DNA of 63,995 nt, counting the filler, from Folioceros fuciformis (taxonomy: Eukaryota): assembly GCA_049999805.1 (NCBI GenBank). It is 5 parts of 4 records of this genome, joined end to end, with 100 filler letters (N's around TTAATTAATTAA, not from the genome) between each part and the next. Parts side by side here need not be neighbours in the genome. Positions count along the whole stretch, not along the records: positions 18,335 to 49,499 come from JBNGIO010004643.1; 4 more parts are not named here. The stretch is one strand, 5' to 3'. A program made the position numbers and the translations under genes. The first letter of the stretch is position 1; every line of letters begins with the position of its first letter. The notes under the pieces are model-generated. The model was given only the letters and a program-made list of their open reading frames with translations, had not been told where the DNA came from and did not search any database. Positions 25,922 through 40,016 of the stretch are shown here, one piece after another.

Positions 25922-28900
25922 TCACTCCGCCATGGGCTCCCCCTCAACTCCGTGGTCCGTATCCATCGGTTCAGATGTGTGCGACTCCCCTCCATTTGCC
26001 GCTCCTTGCGAGTCATTGGGTTCTGGAGGCCTTTGCTCCGCTGCAGGCGCAGGAGCGGGTCTCGGAGGAGGAGGCCGGGATTTCGTCATTATTGGCTTAC
26101 AAAACCTGTCAACAAATCAGGTGTCATTAGCATCGACCTTCTTTCCAGCCAAGAGTCTTAATAATCTGTATCTGAGAAAAACTTTGAAGGCTGACGGATG
26201 TGGATCAGTCACTGCCCGTACAGAAACCCAACTTATGCCTTAACACGTTAACCCTAGATTAACGAACCCACGTTAACCCTTACCTGTCCAACACTTCTGT
26301 TTTCTTCTTTATCTCAGAAGTCAGCAGTACAGGGTTGGCAGCCCTAGGAAGACTGTCCTGCTGAATTTTCTTGTCCCTCAGCCATTCCTCGGCCTTCAAG
26401 GCCTCAGCCACCACCTTCAACACAACAGAGGATTGGTTAGCTCACTGTGCACACGCATACACTCCGCGAGTAGTGAAACTAACAAACAATTCAGAGAATG
26501 AATAACGTGCTCACCTTCTCCTTATCGGCTGGATCGATGTGATCATACTTGGGTTCTCTCGACAAGGCAGCATCCCTGAAGCTATTGATGCAGTATTGAA
26601 GATCAAGAACGGCTGGACCCCGAAGTTCTTCCTCTCTTTGCCTCTCCTCGATTGGATCCCCAAGCTGTGCAGAAGCTTGCAGTCAGAACGCAGCCAAAAA
26701 AAAGCTTTAGGTTCCACTACTGGGCCTTCGAGCAAATTCAGACATACCTTCTTCAATTCAGCCAACTTTGCAGTGTAGACGCTTTTTGTCTCATCCTCCC
26801 CTTCTTCATATAACCAGTCCTCAGTCTGCTGCAACTTGTTGGATAACTCATCCCTCTCAGAATCTGTGACATATGCTGCAAGCTTTGCAGACAGCTGCAA
26901 TGGCCAAGTCTGGCAGATTAGCCGCACTTCACATCAACCAATACTGGCCATACAAAAAGCATAGTGCCTACGGTACAACCAGACCAGCATTCAGAGAACC
27001 ACAAAGACAGGTACGTAAGGGACTCATTGAAGGGAAACAAGACAAACCTTGTTTCGCATGTCATACACATACGATTCAACTGCGTTTTTCCTATCCTTAG
27101 TCTCTTCCATCACCCGGTCTTGAAGAGCCATTTCATACTCCTTCTCAACTGCTTTCTGGAGCTCAGCCTGGGGTAGCCCTCCAGGGATACTTTCATGCAC
27201 AGGAACTTCTGTGCGCTTAACTTTCTTCTTCTTCACAAGCTCTGGCTGCTCAGCACACAAAGCAATATGGCACGATAGTCAGATTGCCATAAGTCGACTA
27301 CACTGACATAAACATGGCAGCAACGAGATGATACCTTCACATTGTCTGTGTCCATCTTCACAGGCTTGTCAGATGCTGGGACCCCATTGGCCGCCGTATC
27401 CGGAGGGGCCTGAGTAGGATTCTCAGTATCATCCATTTTCGACTCGGGAAACTCAGGCTTCCCCGCATCTTTGTCGGTCTCCATGGGGGAAATGTCTTTA
27501 CCATCTTGCGCATTCTCCTTCTTGACAGGAACGTCCACCTCCTCATCTTCCACCATCTGAAGACAATCAAAAAAGTCATCATTGGCTACATGACAGTCCC
27601 CTACTCTGGATTTTGCATGATCATGATTGCTTTTGAGATGCTTACGGTTGCTGATTCCACATTGAGAATTCCATGGAGATTGAGACGAATCTTGACTTTG
27701 ATCTTGGGCTTTTCTGGCTTCGTTGATGTGAATGGACCAACCTGAAAATCAAACATTCCACAGACATTACAAAAAAACGACCGATGAACGCATTTCACAC
27801 ATTCTGATAGATCCTCAATTGTGCCTTTGTTGATGTGAAAAGAGCAATCTGAAAGTCAAACATTCGCAGACACTATACATACTACCCATGAGGTCTATAT
27901 TTCACACTTCCTAGCAGGCCCTCACAACTCCTTCACAATTGGAAGCACAGACACGAGCCGGCCACAATGTAGCCAAGTGCTCTGTGCTATTTAAGGGACA
28001 ATCCTTGCCAGGCGACATTACACATACAGGAGTCCGACACATCACTATCAACAAACACAAGCAATGGCTGACGAATCTGCACTTACTGTGAAAGTTGCAA
28101 TCTTGGGAGATGTGCCGGCAGGCAATTCCGTAGGGTCAGCATAAAAAGCATCTACCGAAAAGGTCCCAGCTCTGAAAAAGGTGAGCATTTTGGTGCTGGG
28201 AACGGGGTTTCCCTTCACGAACACGACGCTGTTTGGATGAGCTTCTTCCCCTCCTTCGGAGTCTGGAGCTGGTCCTTTCCAAGACAGTGCAATAGGGAAG
28301 GGGAAGGAGTCTTGCACCTGAAAAATAAGTCATCAAACACGGCGTCAGCAGAGAAAGGCTGCGAGACAGCAAGTGCCAAAAGCAGCACATCAGGAGGCGG
28401 AGGATACCTCGAAATCTCGGACTTTGAAAGTTGGGCTAAGCATGGCGCACTGCAGAGTACATCCCCGAGCTATGCACTCACTGGCATTCAATGTCCTGCC
28501 GCCCTCCCTACCGAACACTGCTGTTAAAATTTTCAGAATGGCCGGCACTCGCGAGCCCGACCCTACAACTTCCACAGCGCTGATCTTGTCAGCGGTTAGG
28601 TTGGCATCTTCCAGAGCCTTTTCACATGGGCCACGGACACGCTCCAGTATGGGAGCAGACAAAGTCTCAAACTCCTCTCTCTTGATGGAGGACCTGACGT
28701 CCTTCTCATCCATCAAGCACTCAATATTGAGAGGCGCCTCCGAATTAGCACTGAGAACTTTCTTGAGCTTCTCACAGCCGGCTCTCAACCGGAGACTGGC
28801 TCTGGCGTTAGACACCACATCAATCTTGTACTCCTCCTTGAACTTCTCAGCGAAGTGGGCGAAGAGGACCTCGTCGAAGTCTCTCCCACCCAAGTTCCGG

Positions 28901-29577
28901 TCAAAAGTGTGAGCCAAAATTTTGAGCTGGCCCTTCTTAAACGCAGCAATGCAAACCTGCATGCTGGCATGACCAACATCCACAAACGCAACATTCATGG
29001 GCTCGGAGTCGGACAAGTCCGTCTTGTAGATCCCATAGGCCAGTGCGGTTGCAGTGGTCTCGTGCATGAGACGCAGCGGATGCAAACCCGCAATCTGAGC
29101 TGCATCCAGATACGCCCGTCGCTGCAGCTCGGTGAAATACACGGGAATACCAATGACGCAATCCATGACGGCCATCCCCAGGTTCTTCTCCGCAATGGAC
29201 TTGAGATTGGACAGAACCATCCCGAGCAACTGCGTGGGAGTGAAGCTCTTGTGCTCCCCAAGGTACTGCACGGAGATGGAGATACCACCATCAGAGCCCT
29301 CCGTGACATTAAACGGGAAAAGCTTCAGATCCCGCTGCACATCCGGATCCTGGAATTTCTTGCCAATGAAGCGCTTGATCTGCGAGATGGTGTTCTTCGG
29401 GTTCATGGTAATGGAAGCCGAGGCGGCCGTGCCAAGAAACCGCTGTTTGTCTCCGAACGACACCATGGCCGGGGTCTCCCTCTTGGACTCGTCATTGAGG
29501 ACCACGTCGATGCCCCGCTGCCTGGCGACTCCCACAATGGCGTTCTCATTGCCAACATCCAGGCCGACCACACTCAT
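25922..29577 (-). CDS. Hsp110/SSE-type heat shock 70 kDa protein (HSP70-14/15/16-like), multi-exon
   Basis: MSVVGLDVGNENAIVGVARQRGIDVVLNDESKRETP, LMHETTATALAYGIYK, EKEYEMALQDRVMEETKDRKNAVESYVYDMRNK and EDWLYEEGEDETK; ends ...GEPMAE*. Confidence 0.96.
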
Positions 29578-30054
29578 GTTGGCAGCTCCCTAAGTCCTAA
29601 GCCTCCTCGGATCCTGGCCCCCAGGTGCAGTCTGACCCAGCAATTGAAGACCCCGATGAGTAGCCTCCTACCAGCGGCACCAGGAGAGCGGGTCCCCGAG
29701 CCCTATCTTGCCCTGCTTGGTTGCCTTGCTGTTCTCTGATCTGACTGACGCCACGTACAGAGACGGAGCTGACACACCCCGCAGGGCTGCAGCGGACAAG
29801 ACGTGGGAGAAGAATACCGCCGCGATGCAATCGCGATTACGCCTCCTCACAGCGTGGGCTCATCAAAGGGCTGGCAGCACAACACAGAACAGCACGACGC
29901 GCTGTGAAGCAAGCAAGTGCGATGACGCAAACGGCTGCAGCCGCTTTCGTCTTGGCTCGGTGTCACCTTTGCCCTATTTGCATTCTCCCTCCTCTCTCAT
30001 CGCTGCCAATATAAGTAGGGACATGCAGTTCATGGGGTATTGTATTGCGCGCCT

Positions 30055-30069
30055 GGAACGCTCTAGAAG
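30055..30069. promoter_or_regulatory. Putative heat-shock element upstream of the Hsp110 gene
   Basis: gGAAcgcTCtaGAAg is an imperfect nGAAn-nTTCn-nGAAn, about 40 bp upstream of a TATA-like CTTATATT on the minus strand (~30008-30015). Confidence 0.45.
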
Positions 30070-30850
30070 GAACCCCAAGGTGGAGAGTTGGACCCAACGC
30101 CCCAGCGAGGGCGGGATCTGGACCCTTCCGACCCTCAAATTAACTTAACGGCTAGTTTATGGGCACTTGCACCTGAGGCTGTGCTATTTTGGACGCACCT
30201 GCTGCACTCCCTTGCTTAACCAAACTTCCACGCTTTTGCTCCTTCAAGGACTTTTGCTAAGCATTGCGTCCCCCAAATGTCCAGTCACAGTGCACTGGTG
30301 GGACAACGGATTTCGTCCATTCCTTCATTTTCAGGCCCACAAATACGCCAGGTACAATTAAAATTCCTTTCCCAATTCACGTTAATCTTGCACTGCAAGT
30401 GTAATGTAATGCGGTCCATGTGGCAATGTGCAGACGTGGCTTCCGGAGGGGACCCCTGAGGAAACAGATTACATCCGGATTGTTCGGTACCCTGTCCGTG
30501 TTAAACCGTATAAATCGTGCAGGCACCTCCAAATAAGAGGCATGCGTCCCACACCCCCCACGGCGTGATGCCAACCGGGGACCTCCACCTGTCGCTTGCT
30601 GGAGATGGAAACTCGAACAATTCCTCCTCTGCATTCAATTGACCAGGACACCGAATTTGGGACCTGCGGTCATACTGTCACAAAGAGAGGTAGCCCGCAA
30701 CGTGACGGATGTCGCTCACGCCGGGTCTTCCTGTGCGATCCGCAGACTGGTTGAAGATCTGGAAATTTCCTATAGTTCTCTGATCCCACAACAGACCAGC
30801 CAGATCAGACGAGGCAGCTGGTTGAATTCTGATTTGCTCGGATGTCATCA

Positions 30851-32760
30851 CTACGTGCTGTCGTCCAGGAGCCCCCTCAAGGTCACTGGACTGCCGTGCG
30901 GAGCCGCCATCTCAGCGGAGATGCCCAGAGTTTGCACAAGCATGTCTACCACCTCCTTCATGCTTGGTCTACTTGAAGCTTCCCGCTGAACGCAGATTCT
31001 TGCTATCTCGCAAATAGAGTACAGCTCAACGGGTGACAAGTTCTTGAGAGTGGGATCCATCAAGTCGACCATACGATCCCTTGAATGAAGGAATTGGGAA
31101 GCCTGCGCAAACATGAACGGTTACAACTGAAGTTCTCTCACGGGAAGCAAACGGCCTGCGCAAACATGAGCGGTTACAACTGAATTCGCTCACGGGAAGC
31201 ACACGGCCTGCGCTCCCGCCGCTCTCCTATGCGTGGTCGAGAGGCACAGAAAGCTGTTCAGACCACAAAGACACCGGCTCATGTACTTCGGTGAGACTTA
31301 CCCATTCCACCAGCATGCCGAAATTTTCGCTGAACGCTGCTCTCCCTGACAACAGCTCCAGCAGCAAAACTCCGAATGAATACACATCTGCAGATCGGCT
31401 GTACACACCCTTCTGGACGACCTCGGGATCAACATAGCCGCCGGTTTTGCGCACCAGTGCAAGCTCTGAACTCCCCGCTATGGGAATATGGCCGAGACCC
31501 GATATCTGAACATGAGCACACACTCAGATCCTTCCACTGACACTCCTTCAGACCATCCACTCACACCGTGCAAATAAACGCGTAGCGAACAGTTCATGAA
31601 AGCCGACCCTAGCAAGGTTGCATCATAATCACCTTAGCAGCGAAATCTTCTGTCAAGTACACGTGACGAGACCTGAAATCCCCGTGAATCAGAGGCGGAT
31701 CTACAAAGTGGTGGAGATAACAAAGCCCAAGGGCAGCGCCTACTGCTATCCTCATTCGCTGTTTCCATGGGATATGATCGTCCCCTGAGCAAACGATATC
31801 ACATGAATACCTAGAATTCAAGAGAAGTGGACCGAAAATTATACATTGCAGATGAGACAGTTCAATACCATGCAGATTCTCGAAGAGAGTACCATTTGGA
31901 CAGTACTGAAACACCAGCATCCTGCACAATGAACACATAACTACGCACGTTCAACACGACACAGGGGTAGGAGCATTGAGTGATATCCAACTCGGTGACG
32001 AAGGCAGGAGTGACAAGGAGACGAGCAACATACCGCTCATGCTTTTCATAGCAATAACCAATAAGATTAACCATGTGGTGATGATGAATGGTTGTGAGCA
32101 GGTCCACCTGCGAGCGAGCGTTGAGGCATCGTCATGAGGAGGCACACCCGCCGTCAAAGGGAAGGCGACGATCATGGATCCATCCTTGCAAAGCCTGCAA
32201 CTCGGTGGCGGCAAATCCATTTGGGAAGAATTCATGTTGCAAACTGACCTGATACTGAAACCTGGCCTCCACATCCGAGCTATTGAACACTTCGTCCTTA
32301 ACCCGCTTGATGGCAACTTCAGAACCATCAGACAAGATACCCTTGTACACATGATTGGTGGTGCCTTCTCCGATGTGGTTGCTAAACCCCTCACTAGCTT
32401 CTTCTAAATCCTGATAGCTAAACACCAGACCCCGATCCTCCAGTCCTGCACATCAGAGGAAGCGCATACTCGTCAATGAACCCGCTCCGAGCCTCCGCCT
32501 TCGAAAGCTGCGACAACATTATTAGGCGGCGAAAGAAGCTCACCATCTAACCCCCTGCTCTTCGCAGTGGAGTCCTTAGACCGTGTGCAAGGAAGCAGCG
32601 TAGGCTGTCGGTATCGCCTCCGGGTAAACCTGAAGAGCTGATAAAAAACTAGGATAGTAACAGCCAGACACAAGACCGCCCCGGCTCCGATGAACCCGCA
32701 AATCCAGGCTTGCATTTTGAGGCAATAGCCGGAATTGGTATCTTCCCGGTTGGTGTCCAT
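30851..32760 (-). CDS. Membrane-anchored receptor-like pseudokinase of the LRR-VI/MDIS (MRH1)-like type without an LRR ectodomain; start uncertain
   Basis: TM segment WICGFIGAGAVLCLAVTILVF, then FSYQDLEEASEGFSNHIG...VYKGILSDGSEVAIK, HHHMVNLIGYC, QYCPNGTLFENLH, HGDFRSRHVYLTEDFAAK, ISGLG in place of DFG, and DVYSFGVLLLELLSGR. Confidence 0.85.
31101..31213. repeat. ~52-53 bp tandem repeat (2 full units plus 1 partial) spanning the last intron acceptor of the kinase gene
   Basis: gcctgcgcaaacatga(a/g)cggttacaactgaa...cacgggaagca(a/c)acg starts at 31101, 31154 and (partial) 31206. Confidence 0.85.
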
Positions 32761-34507
32761 TTGCGGTCTCCACCTGCAGACAACGAAGAGAAAAACCGAA
32801 GCGCGGCACTTTCAGGACGACCTCCGCCACTAGTTCCAAACGAGCCAGACAGATCTCGCTCGTCCTCATACGATGCCCGCAGGCTGAAGTGAAATTTGTT
32901 CATCTTCCTCCTCGGAAACAAAATTTCGTCACACGCTACCACGTTCCACTCCCTAGCTGACAACACAGACAAACTGCCTGCCTGGCCCGCACACTCTACC
33001 TAAGATATCCACAACACCGCAGTCGAGCACAAGCTTGCACTAGCCGAGAAAACGCACCAGGCTCAAGAGAGCGGGAAGACCGATTGCAGGCAGGACCTAG
33101 CCCGCTCCAAGCTCCATCCCTCGATAAGAGGCAATGCCGCAGGCGAAGAAGCTGCAGGGAAGCAAACCATTTCTCGAGCTCCAATCCTGTCCCGCAGCTC
33201 CTAGGGAGCTCCTCTCCACCGTCTCTCCATGGCATGCACGAACCTGGCCGGCATCAAAAGCAGCAACTCGAGTTCAGTTCCACCAGCTCCCCCCCTCTCT
33301 GTCTTTTTTTCCTCCCTCCCTTCCTTCCTTCCTTCCTTCAGCTTCTCGGTCCTCTTCCTCCTTCACGGCGAGCTCCGTGCCGCTTCCCCTCCGACTCCTC
33401 CTTCCTCCGAGCTCAACTCAAATCCTCGTGACGAGGCCCCGCAGCTCCCTCCGCAAGACGGCCGCGGCAGGAAAAGGCAGGCCGGGCTTCGGGATTTCCC
33501 CTGCGCACCACTGGCATACCAGGGCGGAAGGCCGGGACGGGGGACGAGGCGATGTGAGGATCGCTCGGAGCCCAGGTGTGCCCTGCCTGCCAGCACCAGT
33601 GGTGGGACACAGTTGCAACAGCAGCAGCAGCAACAGCAGAGCAAGTGCAGGGACAAGGGAGTAGGGGGGGAGGGCGCACAGCGAGTAAAAAAATCTCAAT
33701 CCTGCAGTCCTGAGGGCGTTGAGTCGTCCTGTCCTCGACACACGAATCACGTATCAACGTTCGTCTCATGCGACGCAAGTGTAAAAGCGTGATTAAATGA
33801 GCGGGCGGGCCTCGGGAACGTTTCCCGAGGCGCGTCGGGAAGGGGAAGTGGAGCCTACGTAGTGCTTTTGTCTGGCCGTCAGGGAGGCTCCTTCCGGGAA
33901 GGAGCTTTTCAATGACAACAGACCTGCTGCCATAATGCCGCATTGGCCGGATGTATGGCCACTGGCCCCCCTCTCTCTCAACCCTCTCCCATCCTGCCGT
34001 ACGTTTACACTACACCGCCTAATATTCCATTTAGTCCATTTGCAAGTCAAGTACATGGAACGGTAAGAACGAACGACCTCTACCACGGTTCCGAAGTACA
34101 GCTTACCATCCCACCTATCTAGATATACACAACAAATAGACTGTGTCTACTTGTGCATAGAGTAGTAGGTCACTCTTTTTCCAGTGTTTTAACGAGAAGC
34201 GGCGGCCGATGTGCCGTCAAGGCCGGTTACCTGCTCCTCTACTCTCAGCCTTTAGTCTAGTGCTGCTACATACTGAGTCGCATCACTCATGCATCTCTCC
34301 AGTCGATTAGGTCACTCCGATCCCTAGACTACAAGAGGAGCCAAGCAGACAGTAAGACAACAGGGGCTGGACAGCCTGCCCACCGGGATTATCCGGGCAA
34401 GTTGGCTCGATACCCAAACCCATCATGTGCACTGGACGGCAACGCACCAAAAAAGAGGGAGGGAGAAAAAAGGAATGGGTGTGGTATCTAAGTACCACAA
34501 AAATGAA

Positions 34508-37500
34508 CTAGCCCCCGATTCCTTGAGCGACAGGGCCTTCCGTGGACTCTCGCTTTTGATTGGCTTCGAGAGGAGGGACGGCAGCATCCCGGACGTAAGA
34601 GAGCGAGCGAGAGAAGCGGCCGGTTCTCATGGAGACGGGGACGGGAACACGGCCTCTAGGCGCACCCGTGTTGGCACCCGCACCCACAGGGGGAACGCTT
34701 TTGGCAGCTTCTCCATTTGTTGGGTTCTCGCGTTTCCACTGCAGGTGCGGCATGGGAGGGAAGGCTCTCGAGGCTACAGCTGGCCTCCACAGCATTGGGT
34801 TGCCCCTCATGAAGCCCCCTCTCGACATACCTCTGAGAGGCATGATGAGTGAGCGGGAAGCAGAGGGGCGAGCAGGGGGAGCCTCCACGCCTGCCGCTTC
34901 TTTCTTCGTAACCTGTGCAAGACACAAAACTTTCGTAAAACTCATTCCAATTGAGACGGGCAGCGCAGCACAGGAAGCCCCCCAAAGCCCTCCGCCAACC
35001 TTCAGAAACCGTGAATGTAGGGACGAGTCGTTCAAAGCCAGTGCCTTTTCGACTGAGTCCTTAGATACAAATTCAACGTACGCTGACCTGAAAAATCCAA
35101 GGACGAAGACACGCTTAACTACAATAGACAAAACGCTCAAAACAAGCTTCACGTAAACGCCACGAATCACCGGCCATTACCCTGTAGGCTTCCCGGCAGC
35201 GTCACAGACTATCTTGACATTAGCAGTATCTCCACAAGCTTTAAAATGAGCCAAAATGGTCTCTTGTGTCGTTGCAAAGTGCACCTGAAAAAATAAAATG
35301 AGAAGTCCACAATTTTGTTAGCGCAAAAAAGCCTTCCACGTACAGTAGGCTACTTCCAACAGCAGTAGGGTGCTTCCAAGCAAACGACAGTTGCCTCAGC
35401 AAATAGCAAGGAGAAACCAATTTCAACTCACATTGCTCACAAGCACCGAGTGCGAATCAACTTCAGATTGGCTCCGTGCTGTCGATGAGGGTTGGCCTGT
35501 TGTGCAGCAATCAATTAACTCCACTGTTGGTCCACTAGCACACGCTAATTTCTGACTTTTGCCGAAAAGCAACAACTTTCAAGAGATCGTCGTGCCAAGC
35601 AATCGCTACAAGCAAAGGCCGTTACCCACCGACTCCTGGAGATGTTCCAGCCTTCTGGACCTCTTTTGACACTTCAGCCTGCCTTGCACGCAATTTTGTC
35701 ATTTCCAACTCAACTAAACGCATTCTCCTCTTCACATCCAAAACATCCTGCAAGTTCACTACCAGTATGAGCGAAATTATCCTTGATAGCCAGGTACTGA
35801 AACTACGACGTCTGCCTGCCATCAAGGAAAACAAAGGTGGCACTTACTTTGGTATCAACAACACCACCATTAGCTCTGTCTAAAGCTGTATCTGAGACAA
35901 GTGATCTAGAAGGCAGACTACCCATCGACATCAGCTGCGAATGGGTTTGTGACGACAGGAAATCTCCAAAGTGATCATTACTCGTAGGATGCTCAGCATA
36001 TGCTGTCCACCCCTGCGTGTTGACTGGGTTGAGACAGTTCATAGAATCAATAGCAACTCCATGACCCCATTGCCACATGACCTCAGCCTCTTCATCCTCT
36101 TCCGGTCTGTGCAGTGTAATGATTGTTTCATCATTATCCTCCTCTTGACTATTCTCGTACATGTCATCATAGAACTCATACTTTCCAGCACCTTCATCAA
36201 CCGCATCAGACATGCTGGCCTCGGGCTCTTGCTTCTCCTCATTCCTCACTCCTACTGCATTGACAGCCCTGAACGTTTGGGAAGGCACTTGACCTTTGCT
36301 GATGCCATTTCCATTAGCCACCTCCGTTGCCACTACATAATCCCTATCCACTCTTGCTGCTTCTGCCTCCCTTTGGGATCTCCGAAACTCTTTTTGACCT
36401 CTGCGACGGTTGTGGTGCCGTCTTGCTCCAATCCGTACCACAGTGTCTTCATAATCTGGCATCTCCTGATCCCCCTTTACATCATAATCCCCGGCTCTTG
36501 CAACTTCCTCTGAAGGACCATCTCTGGACATCTGGACTTCGCCTTGTCTGATCCCCAAACGATCCCAAACGCTGATAGTGCTTGAAGTCCTACCACCTCT
36601 ACTATGCCTAACATTATTCACATCCTCAGCTGCAGCAGCTGCTGCCTTCAAAGCCACTGCCATGGCTGGCAACATCTTTGCTCCACCTTTGTTCATGTCA
36701 TAGGCTGATCTTTGTGGACGTACTCTCCCGTTTGGCTCGCCTGACATATTTGAAGACGGATTTTGGAGATCAGAGACCGCAAGAAGCACCACACAACACT
36801 AAGTCCCTAAGGCTCAGCACTGAAAACCCATTGAAAGGCAACACAAGCGTAAGAGCCGTGCCACCCATACCCGCATCAGCTACAACGGAGCGTAGTCTTC
36901 TGTCTGTATCCACTCTCCTGAAACTGCCACTAGATGGCGCGACTGCATCTCGAAGTGCAGACTCCAACAGCCTGGTAGGAGCCTTAACACGAGGTGGAGA
37001 TGTGTCCCCCTGTTTTGCCAAGAAGAATACGCCATCAGATGCTGCCATCAAGAACAAACCAACTGCCACATATGCAAGATGCTCCTCACCTTCCGTTGTG
37101 GATTAACATCCACACGACTTCGTCTCCTCCTAGCCCATGGCTCTGGCGATCGATCCCGCTTAGAGTTTCCTTGCCGGCCCCTGCTGTACCGCCCTTCTTT
37201 TGCATTCTCGTCAACACTCGCAGAATCAGCCTTCACAGTACTGTCTTGGGGTTCCCTCTTCAGCTTAACCACACGATTCTTAGGTTTAGCTGGCAACTCC
37301 TCGGTCAATAAACTTTGTGACTCCAAAACAGGAGCCTCAATAGCAACATTGACAGCCTCCTGAAAAACCAAAAAATGAATCACTTTTTTCATGTACAAGT
37401 TTTTGCAAACCACCACGTTGTCCGAAAAACACCTCCGTCACCAACCTGCTCAATATCCTTCATGACTGCATCCCCAGCATCATCTTGAAGGGCAGCTTGA

Positions 37501-38078
37501 AGATCAGCAGCACCAGCATCCGAATCTGGCAAGGAGACATCCGTGTAGCGATGCTGATTTTCTGCTACATGGTCCCACAGCCTGGAAAGAAAAAAAAACC
37601 AATCAAACAAAATCAGTGAACATGCCCCAGTAGAGAGCAGCGATCGCCCCGAGCAGAGCAGCTTGCCCTAGAAGGAAGCTACACCACATTACCACGAAAC
37701 AAAAGCTTCGCTTTGATCCCCAAGAAAGGCTTCAAGGTCTGCAGACGCCTGCGCTTGGTGCTTGCCATGTGAAACAAGGACAACGACGTATTCCTGCACC
37801 CAACCAGACACCCAGCATTCGTTATTCACAGCATTCCACAGCCCTATCACATCTCCAACCGAAAGCCAACTTCTGCACTTCCAAGCACTGCCTGCAAAAA
37901 TTAGGTCGGAGGGATGAGAGGGCCGACAAGAATGAGACGGACAACCCACCGCAAGCACGTCGTCCGCATAACTCTGCATCAACTCTGCCAGCTTCGCCTT
38001 CACCACATCCGTGAGCTTCTTCTTCCCATCAGCACCCAGGCTGAGCATAAAGGAGCGCCCCGCCCCCGCAGAATCCAT
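34508..38078 (-). CDS. RNA-binding protein with an N-terminal PWI/Nab2-like helical domain and a C-terminal PABPN-like RRM; multi-exon
   Basis: N-terminal YADDVLA-EYVVVLVSHGK...LEAFLGDQSEAFVSWLWDHV, central SVWDRLG, and RRM VHFATTQETILAHFKACG...SAYVEFVSKDSVEKALALNDSSLHSRFLKV. Confidence 0.8.
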
Positions 38079-40016
38079 AAGTGCGGGTGAGGCGGTGCCG
38101 TCACGGCACCGGGGAATAAGGTTCACCAAGGGAATCACAGGTGCCACTAGATTGCACTCAAGGGAACCATGCAGGCTGCCAAACGCCTGAGGCCATACGA
38201 CGTGGCTGGAATCCACTGGTCACGTCTATATGTATGCGCGGATGACTGTCTCCCAGCAGCAAACTCCAAACAAAGTACCCCGCCTCCGGCTCGTAGAGAG
38301 AACACAGGCTTCAGAGCGCGCAGGGAGAGCAGTCATGCACCACTCCACACTCTTGGGGAGTCACAACACCTGTCCGAAACCATCCTGCCTGGCCTCCACC
38401 ACTCCAGGCTCAGCCACTCGTGAGCACACAGGCAAGGGTTTCTGCCTCCTGTCCTGCCCCCGCCTGCTTGCTGACGATCAAAGCCCGCCGATCTCAAACC
38501 CAAACTACACTCACGATCCTCTTGTTGATGCGACCGAGAAGGATGAACGCCAGACCCGCGAACCAACAGCGCGAACAAATCCTTGAAGAAGACGGATCGT
38601 TAATACTCCCTGCCCTGTCATGGATCCTTTGAATTGTTTTTTTATTCTTCGTCACCACCACACCAAAATAATCCACGACGTCATAAACACATGTACGTAA
38701 ATTAGGGCAAGGGTTAAAGTCTCCATGCTGAATAAGTGGCTAACTAACTAGCATGCTTGACCGCCCCTTTCCTCGGGGGACCCACCACCAAGCTATCCCA
38801 AAACCCCTTTAATCAATTCCGTGTCTCCGTTCCGTTTCGCCGTTGCGAGTGCCAGTTATTCCCGTCGCTGCCACCGGGAGTATAACCGTACCGGGTGAAT
38901 CCGCTAAGACACAGTGTTGCCCCTGAAATCGATCGAAGAGTGGCGCAGTGATTTCTGCTCCTCTGCAGGAACTTCAAATCTGGTTCGAAAACAATAAATT
39001 TACCGGGTCTAAAACTTCAAATCTGCTGCACTTTGATATCCACGACCTCGCACGCATCACCCACCCGTTGAGACACTGACAGTGCCATTTATGGGCCAGT
39101 GCGAAGCTTAACACAAACTGTGGTGTTTCCCAACGGATTTGCGTTACCCTATTGGAATATAATACCTGTAAGCGATAACATATTCTAGATAAATACCAAA
39201 ATAAAATAAAAAATGACCATCAGTGTGGAATCCCATCAGTTCATCTCACCAAAGCAAACCACTTGATACACTACTATGTAGCCAAACAAACTAGATGTGA
39301 ATAATTTCTTCTTCTTACATCATATGTAATTGAGTTCTACAAGTCTAAAAATTTATTAAAAACGAAATGGGAGAGCCAACTACCTAGAAAATGGGAAGGA
39401 AGAACCTCATGAAGACCAAAAGCCAAAAGGAGGACTAGCCCCTCGTAGATCAATTTGATAAGTAAACCCTAAACTCATATATAGTGATGTAAAATGACAA
39501 AGAGCCTACCTACCACTAATGTTTATGAAGTTGACAAACCTGCATTTGTTGTTGTTCTATAGACCACATTGGCCAATTCCCTTTGGAGAGCGTTGTAAAG
39601 CAAGGGATATGCTTAAGAGAGGAAAATAGGGCAATGGTTATATTTGGAGAGCGGTGTAGAGCAATGTGTATGATTTGCTAGACTTTTTCTACTGCCATGC
39701 TACCAACTCCTCACTCTCTTCGTAGTACATCAAGCTTTTCCCTTGGGGCTACCTCAAGATCCATCAAGGTGAGCAAACATTTCTTGAACGTATCCATTGT
39801 TGAGATATATGACGCAACAAAGAGATATTCATCAAGCAAGTTACACTTTCAATTTGACTTGATACATTTGTTCACCACCACTCATGCATTCATTATCTTT
39901 CACTCATTGAATCAAAATAGTGCATACATTGTCAAAGTACAAATAAGATAGTTAAGCATTGCTCATGTATCACAAGTTCTCATACTTACCAACTATTACA
40001 TTATGTAATTGAGTGT

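Noticed and set aside
28855-29739. 294-aa plus-strand ORF antisense to Hsp110
   Set aside because: Antisense shadow ORFs are well known for GC-rich Hsp70-family coding sequences; no independent evidence.
33084-33943. Overlapping 100-190 aa ORFs with Gln/Ser/Cys runs
   Set aside because: Produced by (CAG)n and (CTTC)n microsatellites and the GC-rich promoter/5' UTR of the kinase gene.
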